Shown here piece by piece: positions 1-8,216 of a stretch of 64,000 nucleotides of DNA. This DNA is from Candidatus Bathyarchaeum tardum (GTDB taxonomy: Archaea; Thermoproteota; Bathyarchaeia; Bathyarchaeales; Bathyarchaeaceae). Position numbers and translations under genes: made by a program. The notes beneath the pieces are model-generated. The model had not been told where the DNA came from, did no database searches, and saw only the letters and a program-made list of their open reading frames with translations. Positions within the stretch are counted from its first letter, which is position 1. Every line of letters starts with the position of its first letter. The stretch covers positions 1,216,001-1,280,000 of the forward strand of contig CP122380.1 in NCBI GenBank assembly GCA_024650005.2. The letters run 5' to 3'.

Positions 1-322
1 ACGTGCAATATTTGTCTACAGCACGTTCAATTGCCAAGGGTGAATTGATTATTAGTAATCCTTGGCGTTCCAGCATATGAAGAAGGTTCATTCTGAACAA
101 AATTTCTTCTAATGAGCCACGTCCTATGGGGCGAGTTATCATTGCATCTATGTCGTGCAAAAGGTTGAGATCTTTAACTGAAGCTTCAGGGCTGTAATTG
201 ATGCGCCCAATTATTGTACGATAACCAAAACAGACAGGTGTTATGTTCTGTGTTTTCATTGCTTTTCGTAATTGTGTGGTGCACCATCCATCTTGGTCTC
301 GGGTCATGATTCCAATTTTCAA
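1..322 (-). CDS. RimK-family ATP-grasp ligase, probably H4MPT:alpha-L-glutamate ligase (MptN-like); 5' part only, runs off the window
   Basis: Not in the ORF track. Manual translation from TTG at 322 gives MKIGIMTRDQDGWCTTQLRKAM...RPIGRGSLEEILFRMNLLHMLERQGLLIINSPLAIERAVDKY, a typical RimK/MptN N-terminus. Confidence 0.8.
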   Translation of the reverse strand, partial: MKIGIMTRDQDGWCTTQLRKAMKTQNITPVCFGYRTIIGRINYSPEASVKDLNLLHDIDAMITRPIGRGSLEEILFRMNLLHMLERQGLLIINSPLAIERAVDKYCT

Positions 323-554
323 GTGTAATCCCTTCTGCATCAAATTATGATTCTGACAGATTAACGTAATGCTACCCAAATTGTTTTCGAAAGAAAAAGT
401 ATCTAGGTCACTGCTATTACGAATGACATGAGAACATTTAGTGATGCAACGATTCTTGTGCTAAAAAAAATCAAAGAAACTAATTTTCAACATTACTGAT
501 ATTAATCCAATAATAAGTTGCAATTTCAAGATAATCTGTCAATTCAGTAAAATA

Positions 555-1799
555 TTACAAAATAAAGGGAATCACCGCAATCATTACCAGAATTAAAATT
601 AGTGCAACTGTAACAGCTTGAGTAATTCGGGAAATTGTTTTTTCACTTGCTTTTTGGGCCAGTAAACTTTTGAGGGAAATGTCTAGTATGCGTCCCCCAT
701 CGAGGGGGTATATTGGTAGTGCATTGAATATTGCGACATTAAGGTTTACGAACCATAACCAGAAGAAAATGTTAGCATAGACATGCCAGTTTGATCCAAG
801 AGAATGGGTATAGAACGAAGATAATGAATCAGAAAATGGAACTAATCCGGGAGCTAACGATGGTGGAACCATGTATAGGGTTAATGTATCTAATGTTAGG
901 GTTCCGTAGAAGTCTATTCTTTCTTTTGTTAGTAGGTCTCCTAGAGTAATGCCCATTACTGCAGTTCCATTGGATTCTGTCAAAGTAATTATTGTTGAAT
1001 ATGTTTCGTTCCAGTTTTTTCCTCTAGATACAGTAACGTTGATAATGTCCCCAGGATTTTTGTCTGCAAATATGGGTTTTAGATCTGTTTCATATTTTTC
1101 TATGGGTAAACCGTTTATTGAAACAAAAACGTCTGCAGGCATCAATCCTGCTTGTTCTGCAGGCATTCCTTCTATAACTTCGGAAATATATACACCATTT
1201 ACTACTGGTGTTAATCCGTTAACAATCAAGAGCATAGCAATAAGACACACGACAGCAACAACAGTATTTCCTGCAACACCTCCTGCCATGACTCTTAATG
1301 AGTTTTTAGGTTTTGATTTTTCTATTTGTTCTTCGTCAACGTCAACAAAGGCTCCGATTGGAACAATAAAGAAGAACAAAAGTCCACTTGATTTAACATT
1401 GAATCCTCTATTTCGGGCAATTATTCCATGGGCTCCTTCATGAATTACAACAGCACAAACTATTGCAATCCACCCGTAAAATATTGGAAGAATCGGATTA
1501 ATTCCCGGTAGCAGAAGATAAGAAGCTGGACCTAATTCTTGTGTAATTTGTCGGGCTTCTGGCGTCCAAAGTAATGTAAACAAACTAGTAGACACCAAGT
1601 AAAGTCCAATAGCAGCAATTATAGGAACAATAACAAGGGCAGCCCATCCAATCCACTTTGAAATTCTTAATGCACCTAGGCGATCGAAAACTCCACTGAA
1701 AATTTTGGTCCTAATAGTTAACATTGGAAAACTGAATTCGACTCTTCCAGGTTCTTTTTCTTCAGATTCAATGTTAGGTTCACCCAAGGACTTCACCAA
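555..1799 (-). CDS. Site-2 protease (M50 membrane metalloprotease) with PDZ domain
   Basis: HEGAH zinc motif, GAFV, NALPIYPLDGG motif, PDZ-like segment (PAEQAGL), multiple TM helices. Confidence 0.93.
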   Translation of the reverse strand: MVKSLGEPNIESEEKEPGRVEFSFPMLTIRTKIFSGVFDRLGALRISKWIGWAALVIVPIIAAIGLYLVSTSLFTLLWTPEARQITQELGPASYLLLPGINPILPIFYGWIAIVCAVVIHEGAHGIIARNRGFNVKSSGLLFFFIVPIGAFVDVDEEQIEKSKPKNSLRVMAGGVAGNTVVAVVCLIAMLLIVNGLTPVVNGVYISEVIEGMPAEQAGLMPADVFVSINGLPIEKYETDLKPIFADKNPGDIINVTVSRGKNWNETYSTIITLTESNGTAVMGITLGDLLTKERIDFYGTLTLDTLTLYMVPPSLAPGLVPFSDSLSSFYTHSLGSNWHVYANIFFWLWFVNLNVAIFNALPIYPLDGGRILDISLKSLLAQKASEKTISRITQAVTVALILILVMIAVIPFIL

Positions 1800-1823
1800 C
1801 GTTTTAACAAAGTAAATTAATAA

Positions 1824-1837
1824 TAAACCTATAAAAC
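1824..1837 (+). repeat. Candidate att core (left copy) TAAACCTATAAAAC
   Basis: Perfect direct repeat of 7291-7304, 18 bp beyond the integrase stop codon. Confidence 0.7.
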
Positions 1838-1855
1838 TATTGAAGTTTCAATAGA

Positions 1856-3031
1856 TTAACACAACTTTGCTCTACGATAGACTGCTTCACCATGAATGGA
1901 GTCGTATCGGATGAATGTCCAGTTTTCACAAAGGAGCTGGTTTTCTTCTTCTTTGGTTGTTGCTCGTTTGACTTCCCATTGTGTTGGTGCTTGTGGTCTG
2001 TAGTGTGTGTATCGGTCTGTTGATTGACTTGACCTGTGTCCAAGCATTTGTTGAACGTCTCGGTGATGTTTTCCTTTTTTGTATAGTTCGATTGTTGCTC
2101 GTAGGTGTCGCATTGTGTGAAAGTGGATGTTGTTTAGTTCGGGTTTATCTAATTTTTTTGCGAGTTTTTTTCTTGAATTTGTGAAAGCGGTGGTGTGACT
2201 TGGTGCTTTTGGGTTGAAAATGTAGCCATCTTCCCGTTTTTGGAGTCTTTTTAGTTTAGATAATAGTTCTATGCTGACGTTGATGCTTCTTGCATTTCCG
2301 CGTTTTTCGGGTGCGTTTATGTTGATTTTTTGGTTGTTCCAGTCTATATCTTCCCATGTGAGTTTGCAGGCTTCTCCGATTCTGCATCCTGTTTCGAAAC
2401 ATACATGCAGTATTGTTCCCGTTTTTTTGCCTAGTCCAGCTATCAGAATTTTTACGTTTTCTTCTGTTGGAAGTTTTTGAATTTTTGTGGGAACGTGGAT
2501 TCGTGGTGCATCCCAGAAGATTTTGCGCCATTTGCAGTAGGCTTGGTATGTGTTAACGTAGCATTTTTTGTATGATTTACTCCATCCAGATAGAGCTAGA
2601 ACGGTCTCTACTGATTCGGGTTCGTCAAGGTCTGCTTTGAGGTCTACAAGTTTGTTGAGGTGAAAGGTTCTGGTTTTGATTGTGTGTTTTGAGTATTCTT
2701 TTCGTTGCATATACCAGCTGAATTGTTCGATAATCGTTGTGTATTGGTGTTGTTTCTCCCTCAGAACATTTTTTGTTTTTGTTCTGGTCAAATTTTTCGA
2801 GTCTTCTGTCAAGGGCACGCATATTTGACGAGTTGGTTTTTGTTGGTTGTTGCTTATGTTATTTTTCCTTGAATATTTGGACTCACTGAATCGAAAACCA
2901 CAATCTCTGCAAACATATCGTTGAATTTTTCCGAAGGGTGTGTTTCGTAGCCCATCTTTCCATACTTTTTTGCTTTGACATTGGGGGCATTTTCTATTTG
3001 CTGTTTCACCTCCTTGCAGTTTTTGTGCCAA
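1856..3031 (-). CDS. Tyrosine recombinase/integrase with N-terminal zinc ribbon
   Basis: CPQC...CRDC ribbon; catalytic R (GCRIGE), K (PEKRG), HxxR (HTMRH), LGH and Y (TDRY) all present. Confidence 0.93.
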   Translation of the reverse strand: MAQKLQGGETANRKCPQCQSKKVWKDGLRNTPFGKIQRYVCRDCGFRFSESKYSRKNNISNNQQKPTRQICVPLTEDSKNLTRTKTKNVLREKQHQYTTIIEQFSWYMQRKEYSKHTIKTRTFHLNKLVDLKADLDEPESVETVLALSGWSKSYKKCYVNTYQAYCKWRKIFWDAPRIHVPTKIQKLPTEENVKILIAGLGKKTGTILHVCFETGCRIGEACKLTWEDIDWNNQKININAPEKRGNARSINVSIELLSKLKRLQKREDGYIFNPKAPSHTTAFTNSRKKLAKKLDKPELNNIHFHTMRHLRATIELYKKGKHHRDVQQMLGHRSSQSTDRYTHYRPQAPTQWEVKRATTKEEENQLLCENWTFIRYDSIHGEAVYRRAKLC

Positions 3032-3074
3032 CTGTAAGCCTCCGTAAGCATAATGGGAAAAGCAATATATAATC

Positions 3075-3098
3075 GGTAAAGTAAATTTACTGGTAAAG
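3075..3098. promoter_or_regulatory. Candidate operator between divergent integrase and wHTH genes
   Basis: Perfect palindrome AGTAAATTTACT (3080-3091) overlapping or abutting direct repeats GGTAAAG (3075-3081, 3092-3098), just downstream of a TATATAA box. Confidence 0.5.
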
Positions 3099-3102
3099 GA
3101 GA

Positions 3103-3702
3103 ATGACTTTCTTGGATAAGATTTTAGATGACCACTGTGCTAGAATTTTTTCGTTGTTAATGGCGTCGTTAAATGAATTTAGATTTAATGAACTTCATAG
3201 AACGTTAGAGCAGTTTGGGGCTAAAATGTCAAAGCCTACGCTAATTCAACATTTGCAACATCTTCAAGAAAGAGGGTTTATTGTTCGAAAAGAAGAGGAA
3301 AAGCAGAAAGTAACTTACGAAGTGAATTGGGAAAAGTTTGATTACCTTAAAAAAAGTTTGGAGCATAAACAGAGAATAATTCTCAATAATAAAAATCAAG
3401 AACGTTTCAAAGAACTTGAACCTAAAGAGCAACTGGAAACCTTGTGTTTTATTCTTACTTTAGGAGAATTCTTAAGAATAAAAATTGAGCTTGATGATGT
3501 TTTGGAGCCTGATAAGAAGCCTGAGCATCGTTTTTCTTACCTGTTTATGAGTAAATTTCTTGATGTGTATCGTCTTTGGTTCCAAGATACACTTAATGCT
3601 TTGACTAAGAAAGAGGTTCAGGAATTAATGGTTCCTCTTGAGAAATTAATATCTGATGTGAGAAATGAAATTTTTACGTCAGTAGAGCCTGAGTCAGATT
3701 GA
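3103..3702 (+). CDS. Winged helix-turn-helix transcriptional regulator (ArsR/HxlR-like N-terminus)
   Basis: FRFNELHRTL...MSKPTLIQHLQHLQERGFIVRKEE..KVTYEV wHTH pattern. Confidence 0.8.
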   Translation: MTFLDKILDDHCARIFSLLMASLNEFRFNELHRTLEQFGAKMSKPTLIQHLQHLQERGFIVRKEEEKQKVTYEVNWEKFDYLKKSLEHKQRIILNNKNQERFKELEPKEQLETLCFILTLGEFLRIKIELDDVLEPDKKPEHRFSYLFMSKFLDVYRLWFQDTLNALTKKEVQELMVPLEKLISDVRNEIFTSVEPESD

Positions 3703-3891
3703 TTTCGTGCTTGCGCGCCTTTCGGCTCGCACGCCAAGCGGACGAGACACCTTGTTTCTCGTGCTCTTCCGTTTGAGTTTTGACAACTCGTGCCCCCCCG
3801 TTATCGCCACCGCTGTAAACAGCGCAAGAAGTGGCGTTACTCGTTCGCCCCCCATACGAGCGTACAGGGGGGACTCACGTCAAAAGAAATC
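3701..3891. other. GC-rich multi-branched secondary-structure element (candidate single-strand origin or structured ncRNA)
   Basis: Nested inverted repeats: GATTTC/GAAATC, CGTGC/GCACG, CAAGCGGA/TCCGTTTG, ACGAGA/TCTCGT, TTTTGAC/GTCAAAA, C-run/G-run, CGCCAC/GTGGCG, CGCTGT/ACAGCG, CTCGT/ACGAG. Confidence 0.7.
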
Positions 3892-3937
3892 TGCATACAT
3901 GAGAAAATCTGTTAATTAAAGCACTATACTTCAGTTT

Positions 3938-5035
3938 TTAATCTGTTTTTTTACGTAATTCAACTATCATTGTTTGGACTTCTGAGTCATTAAAAGTTTC
4001 AGCAATTTCTCCAAAATTTGTTATTTGCATATTGCATCCTGTTTCAATTGCTCTAGCCAAAACCATTGCATGTTTATTCTTTTTTCCTCTGGACAATAAG
4101 TATATTACTTCAGCGCCCTCTTCGATGCAGTGTTGGGCATAAAGTAAATGGTTTCCTAAGCCATCATTTTTGAGTTTATGTGTTTCTGCAATTAACACAA
4201 ATGCAACTTTGATGTGTCTTTTTACAAATGGATCAGCTTTACTGAGTTCACCTCTTTTTCGAGTTGAGAGAACATCGAGATGATTTGCAAATTCTTCAGT
4301 TTCAATCATAGCGGAAGTGTAAGTTCTGGGATAGAGGGAAAGCCCCAATTCTTTAATTTCTTCCAAATATATTCTAGTAAAGTATCCGTGATCATCTAGA
4401 TTTGCCATTAAATCTATGTGTTTTTGAACTTCTGGTGAAGTTATTTTTTTATTTAAAACATTTGTTAAATAGTAATCAAAAGCTCCCGAATCTTTCTCAT
4501 ATAAAATTTTTCTAACTACTGTTGAATCAATAGCTGTTTCAATAGATTCAGGTAAATATTGTCTTGAATAGGGAACAAGTCCTTTAGAAACATAATCAAC
4601 AACTGCATAAGCTACGTTTCTAGGATTTGCCTCATGTTCTTTCATTCTTATAACGACTAATTCTTGGTCGGTATCAATGTATGAATCTTTATCAACCCAT
4701 TCAACTTTTGCTGGATATGGAAACAAGCCTTTAACTTCATTATTTATTTCTTCTTGAGAAAAATTTAGGCTTTTTTGAATCTGATGAGCGACTGCGCCTC
4801 TTTCTGCAAAATCTAGGAAAGAAAATGCTTTTCCCAGCAGAACACTTACAGTCTCGAAGTATGGAACAGAAGTAATTAGATATAATACCAAAATGCCTAA
4901 AGAAAATCCACTTCCTACTGTTCCAATTATTTGTAAAATAATATTTTGAGTTAAATATACTGCACTGAGTATTGCTGTAAAAGTAAGTATAAGGGCTAAA
5001 AGAAAATATAATGAGTTTTTGAGATTCATAATCAC
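3938..5035 (-). CDS. Membrane-anchored hypothetical protein (2 N-terminal TMs, possible C-terminal Alba-like domain)
   Basis: 365 aa ORF with a hydrophobic N-terminus; C-terminal GAEVIYLLSRG...VQTMIVELRKK resembles Alba. Confidence 0.75.
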   Translation of the reverse strand: MIMNLKNSLYFLLALILTFTAILSAVYLTQNIILQIIGTVGSGFSLGILVLYLITSVPYFETVSVLLGKAFSFLDFAERGAVAHQIQKSLNFSQEEINNEVKGLFPYPAKVEWVDKDSYIDTDQELVVIRMKEHEANPRNVAYAVVDYVSKGLVPYSRQYLPESIETAIDSTVVRKILYEKDSGAFDYYLTNVLNKKITSPEVQKHIDLMANLDDHGYFTRIYLEEIKELGLSLYPRTYTSAMIETEEFANHLDVLSTRKRGELSKADPFVKRHIKVAFVLIAETHKLKNDGLGNHLLYAQHCIEEGAEVIYLLSRGKKNKHAMVLARAIETGCNMQITNFGEIAETFNDSEVQTMIVELRKKTD

Positions 5036-5286
5036 TTTTCCTCTTCTTTAAAAATTGGTTCTTTTTTAAATTGTCTTTTTTTAAATTCATAAAAACACAG
5101 AATATTATCACAGCAAATCTTCGCATTTCCTTCTTTAATGGTCATAAAACCCAAGTTGTCTAAGGTTATAACGCAATTGCACTCGGAACATATTATTTCT
5201 TGATTTTTAATCTGTTCAAGAAGATTTAATCTTTTTAACAAGTCAAGAAGATCTCTATCATGTACTGCATGAATCTTTTTTTTCAT
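5032..5286 (-). CDS. Small Cys-rich (zinc-finger-like) protein
   Basis: CSEC...CCDNILC; 4-bp ATGA overlap with the downstream gene suggests translational coupling. Confidence 0.75.
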   Translation of the reverse strand: MKKKIHAVHDRDLLDLLKRLNLLEQIKNQEIICSECNCVITLDNLGFMTIKEGNAKICCDNILCFYEFKKRQFKKEPIFKEEEK

Positions 5287-5383
5287 GACAAGTAATCACT
5301 CAGAATAAGTTATTTTATTAGGTATTTAAAATTTTCAATAAAGATTAATAATTTTTTAATAGCATAATGAAATATAATTAAGT

Positions 5384-6130
5384 TTGTTTACAATGTATTA
5401 TCTAGAGGGTTTAATTCTAGTTCGATTTATTCTTGGTTTGTTATTCTTCCTTTATGCTTCATTAAGCTATCATGATAATCGATGTGTGGACAACAAATGT
5501 TGGATTTTGATGGGTTATTGTGGTTTTTGGGCATTTTTCATTAAGACTTTTATTCTAACTATTCCCACAGAACAACCTGATTTGATTTTCCAACTCATAG
5601 TGAATGTGATGTTCATGTCAATTTTTGCTATTGGAATGTTTTATTTAGGGGAATTTGGAGGTGCTGTTGCAAAAGGACTGATTGCAATATCACTGTTCAT
5701 TCCAGAATGGAATAGCATTTTTTGGATGCCATTACCATCTGCTTTCCTAATAATACTGCTGTTTGCATTTTTTGAGTTAATTAAAAATTTGTTTAACGTC
5801 GCATTGAACATATATCATAGAGAATTTGAATTTCCGACAATGTTTACCAAAACAAAAATGGATATTGAAAAGATAGCAAATGATGACCATTCATTTCCAG
5901 CGGAGGAAATTATTGATGGAAAGCGGGTTAAGGTATCATCTTTTAAAATATCGGTAGACGATTTTTATGATAAAGAATTAAAAGAAGAACGCTTGAATGC
6001 ACTTCGAAACAAAGGAATAAATCGTGTTTGGGCAGAAAAATCATATAATGCAATTGCAATTTTACTTTCAGCATATGCTACATATCATACAATCATTTAC
6101 GGAATTTCAATCCTTGGAATACCTTGGTAA
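5384..6130 (+). CDS. A24 prepilin/preflagellin peptidase (FlaK/PibD-like) homologue with substituted catalytic Asp residues
   Basis: TM pattern plus YASLSYHDNRCVDNKCW, FGGAVAKGLIAISLFIP and C-terminal RVWAE matching the FlaK layout. Confidence 0.7.
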   Translation: MFTMYYLEGLILVRFILGLLFFLYASLSYHDNRCVDNKCWILMGYCGFWAFFIKTFILTIPTEQPDLIFQLIVNVMFMSIFAIGMFYLGEFGGAVAKGLIAISLFIPEWNSIFWMPLPSAFLIILLFAFFELIKNLFNVALNIYHREFEFPTMFTKTKMDIEKIANDDHSFPAEEIIDGKRVKVSSFKISVDDFYDKELKEERLNALRNKGINRVWAEKSYNAIAILLSAYATYHTIIYGISILGIPW

Positions 6131-6263
6131 AAATTCTGTAGTGTAGAAACTATTCGGTATTGGGACGAAGAATGGTTATCATTTCTGGCTCATTTATTTT
6201 AAATTTAAATGTAGTATACATCACTAAATCGATTTTATCGGGTTTGTCACTTTCAGATTTTTT

Positions 6264-7208
6264 TTAATGCTTTTCTTTAACAAAGTGGTATGAAATTTTT
6301 GTCTGTTCTTTGGTTAATTCAATAAACCTTCCTTGTTGCTGATGTTTTGTTAGACTAAGAATATTGAAAGGCACAATTCCAACGAAAGCAAAGACAAAGA
6401 ATTCAGTGGTTTCACCCGTTAAAGTTATTTGAATTTTTTTGTGGTTTGAATTATGCTTGGTCTTTATCAAGTCGATTAGCAGTTTGCGGAATTTTCCACT
6501 AACTGAGAAAGCACGTTTATTGAATAGCCAGCAGAGAGCTAATGTTTTGAGGGTTTTAGAGTCTTTATTTTCAGCATCAATACTTTTGAGAAGATACTTT
6601 TTCAAATAAGAAAATCCTCGACCAAGAGAATAAACTGCTTTAACATCAACGTGACTGTGCCAACCTTTAGAAAAGATGTCTTTTTCAGGAATCCGAAAGT
6701 TTCCCTTAGTGTCTCTGAACACTTGGAATTCTTGTTCAAATAACAAAATGCAATGAATGTGAGGATACCCGTTTTCATAAGATTCAAAAACTCGGCAACA
6801 TGAGACTTCTCCAATATTTTTTCTAACATAAGCCATGAAACAATTAAATTCTAATCCCATGTTTTCCCAAGCAGAGTCAAGAGAACAGCGTTTAGTATCA
6901 TAAGTTAATGTTACAAACAAAGCTCGTGTTGTTTTGTCATTCGTTCTATCTTTTGGATTAAAGAAATCCGCTTCATTTGCTAAATTGGAAAGTTCTCTGA
7001 AACGACGATAGACCCTCTTGCGATAAACGTCATTTCCTCGTTTTGAACACTTAATTGCAAATGTTTTGTGCTCATAATTTCGTAAATCGAGTCTATCAAA
7101 TATCATGTAGGTATCTTCGGAAACCCATTCAGAATATTTTTCCACAATCTCAGAAACAGAAAAATGACATCTCTTATGCTCTTTGAAAGCAGCTTTGCGA
7201 GAAAGCAA
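6264..7208 (-). CDS. rep: Rolling-circle replication initiator, HUH endonuclease (archaeal DUF1424-like Rep)
   Basis: Motif I FVTLTY, motif II YPHIHCILL, motif III YLKKYL with two tyrosines, in the correct order and spacing. Confidence 0.88.
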   Translation of the reverse strand: MLSRKAAFKEHKRCHFSVSEIVEKYSEWVSEDTYMIFDRLDLRNYEHKTFAIKCSKRGNDVYRKRVYRRFRELSNLANEADFFNPKDRTNDKTTRALFVTLTYDTKRCSLDSAWENMGLEFNCFMAYVRKNIGEVSCCRVFESYENGYPHIHCILLFEQEFQVFRDTKGNFRIPEKDIFSKGWHSHVDVKAVYSLGRGFSYLKKYLLKSIDAENKDSKTLKTLALCWLFNKRAFSVSGKFRKLLIDLIKTKHNSNHKKIQITLTGETTEFFVFAFVGIVPFNILSLTKHQQQGRFIELTKEQTKISYHFVKEKH

Positions 7209-7254
7209 GGTCTAGGCAAAATAGAAAATTTCAAAATGCCAAAAAAAAGGGAAA

Positions 7255-7284
7255 TTTGAGGGAGCTAGTGGAGATGTCGCCAGT
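7255..7284 (+). repeat. Dispersed ~30-bp motif, copy 1 (element right end)
   Basis: TTTGAGGGAGCTAGTGGAGATGTCGCCAG resembles 12243-12270 and 17487-17513. Confidence 0.5.
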
Positions 7285-7290
7285 GAATGT

Positions 7291-7304
7291 TAAACCTATA
7301 AAAC
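7291..7304 (+). repeat. Candidate att core (right copy) TAAACCTATAAAAC
   Basis: Identical to 1824-1837. Confidence 0.7.
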
Positions 7305-7315
7305 AATCTGTTTTT

Positions 7316-7730
7316 TTAGGTATCAATATGTCTTTTTGTTCTCCTGTAAATTGCTTTTTTTGGTCTTCATCAAATCTAACAAAAGTCCAGTTCTCTGAAA
7401 GCAGTTGATTTTCTTCTTCTTTGGTTATTGCTCGTTTTACTTCCCATTTAGTTGGTGCTTTAGGTTTATCGTGAGTATAACGATCAGTTGATTGGTTTGA
7501 CCTATGACCTAGCATACACTGAACATCACGGTGATGTTTACCTTCTTTATACAGTTCAAGAGTAGCTCTTAGATGTCGCAAATTATGAAAGTTAATTTGT
7601 AAGTTCAGCTTTCTGAAGTTTTCTAGCTATTTTATTTCTTGCCCTAAAAAACCCTGCACAGTGGCTAGGTATCTTAGGGTTAAAGATGTAACCGTCTTTA
7701 CGTTTAGGTAAAGCTTTTTTAGACTTTAAA
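7316..7730 (-). pseudogene. Decayed 3' fragment of a second, related tyrosine integrase
   Basis: RHLRATLELYKEGKHHRDVQCMLGHRSNQSTDRYTH..WEVKRA matches the C-terminus of 1856-3031. The upstream KRKDGYIFNPKIPSH segment is broken off by frameshifts, there is a further frameshift near the 3' end, and the 5' half is absent. Confidence 0.88.
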
Positions 7731-7910
7731 ATTCTACCTAATTTTTTATTTTCCATTTGGTTAATCTTCTGAAAATATATCCTAGAAAGGACGGAATTGT
7801 AACTATTGGAATTACAACTTCCAAATAATGATCTAGCAAAGAGCCTAAAGACATGGCTAACAATAGGATTAAAAACACAAAATCAACATACTGAATTTTT
7901 TGTTTTACAT

Positions 7911-8216
7911 TTAATCATTTAATTTATGTAAAGCAATTGTAACTTCCCCTAGACACCAACCAACAAAAAAGAATCCAATTAATTCAGGTATGTGATGCCA
8001 CGCAAAACCCATTTGGGCAAAAAAGTGAATTGGAAGTAAGGGGTTACATAACAAAACAAGAATAAACATAACAAAAAAACTAAGTGAGCCTAAAATCAAA
8101 GCAATTAATATTCCACTAATTCGATTAAAAACTGCTTCAATTTTATTCATGGATAAATCCCATGCTAAAGATGCTTTATAATGTTTAAAGGATTTTAGTT
8201 TCTTTTCGCTCTCCAC
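7911..8216 (-). CDS. Small membrane protein, unknown function
   Basis: 101 aa ORF with two hydrophobic segments. Confidence 0.5.
   Translation of the reverse strand: MESEKKLKSFKHYKASLAWDLSMNKIEAVFNRISGILIALILGSLSFFVMFILVLLCNPLLPIHFFAQMGFAWHHIPELIGFFFVGWCLGEVTIALHKLND

Larger units (their letters stand above)
1824..7304. mobile_element. Integrated rolling-circle element (integrase + HUH Rep + cargo), about 5.5 kb
   Basis: Identical 14-mer TAAACCTATAAAAC at 1824-1837 and 7291-7304 brackets a tyrosine integrase at one end and a HUH Rep at the other. Confidence 0.8.

Noticed and set aside
3701-3891. Possible tRNA or SRP/RNase P RNA
   Set aside because: No TTCGA T-loop, acceptor stem or CCA geometry, and no recognisable SRP or RNase P conserved motifs.
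3707-3919. 70-aa ORF over the GC-rich tract
   Set aside because: Composition is unlike local genes; the open frame is explained by high GC and the sequence by its base-pairing.
1856-7730. SSV-type integrase split into N and C fragments
   Set aside because: The first integrase is full length; the second is a diverged duplicate of the C-terminus, not the missing half.
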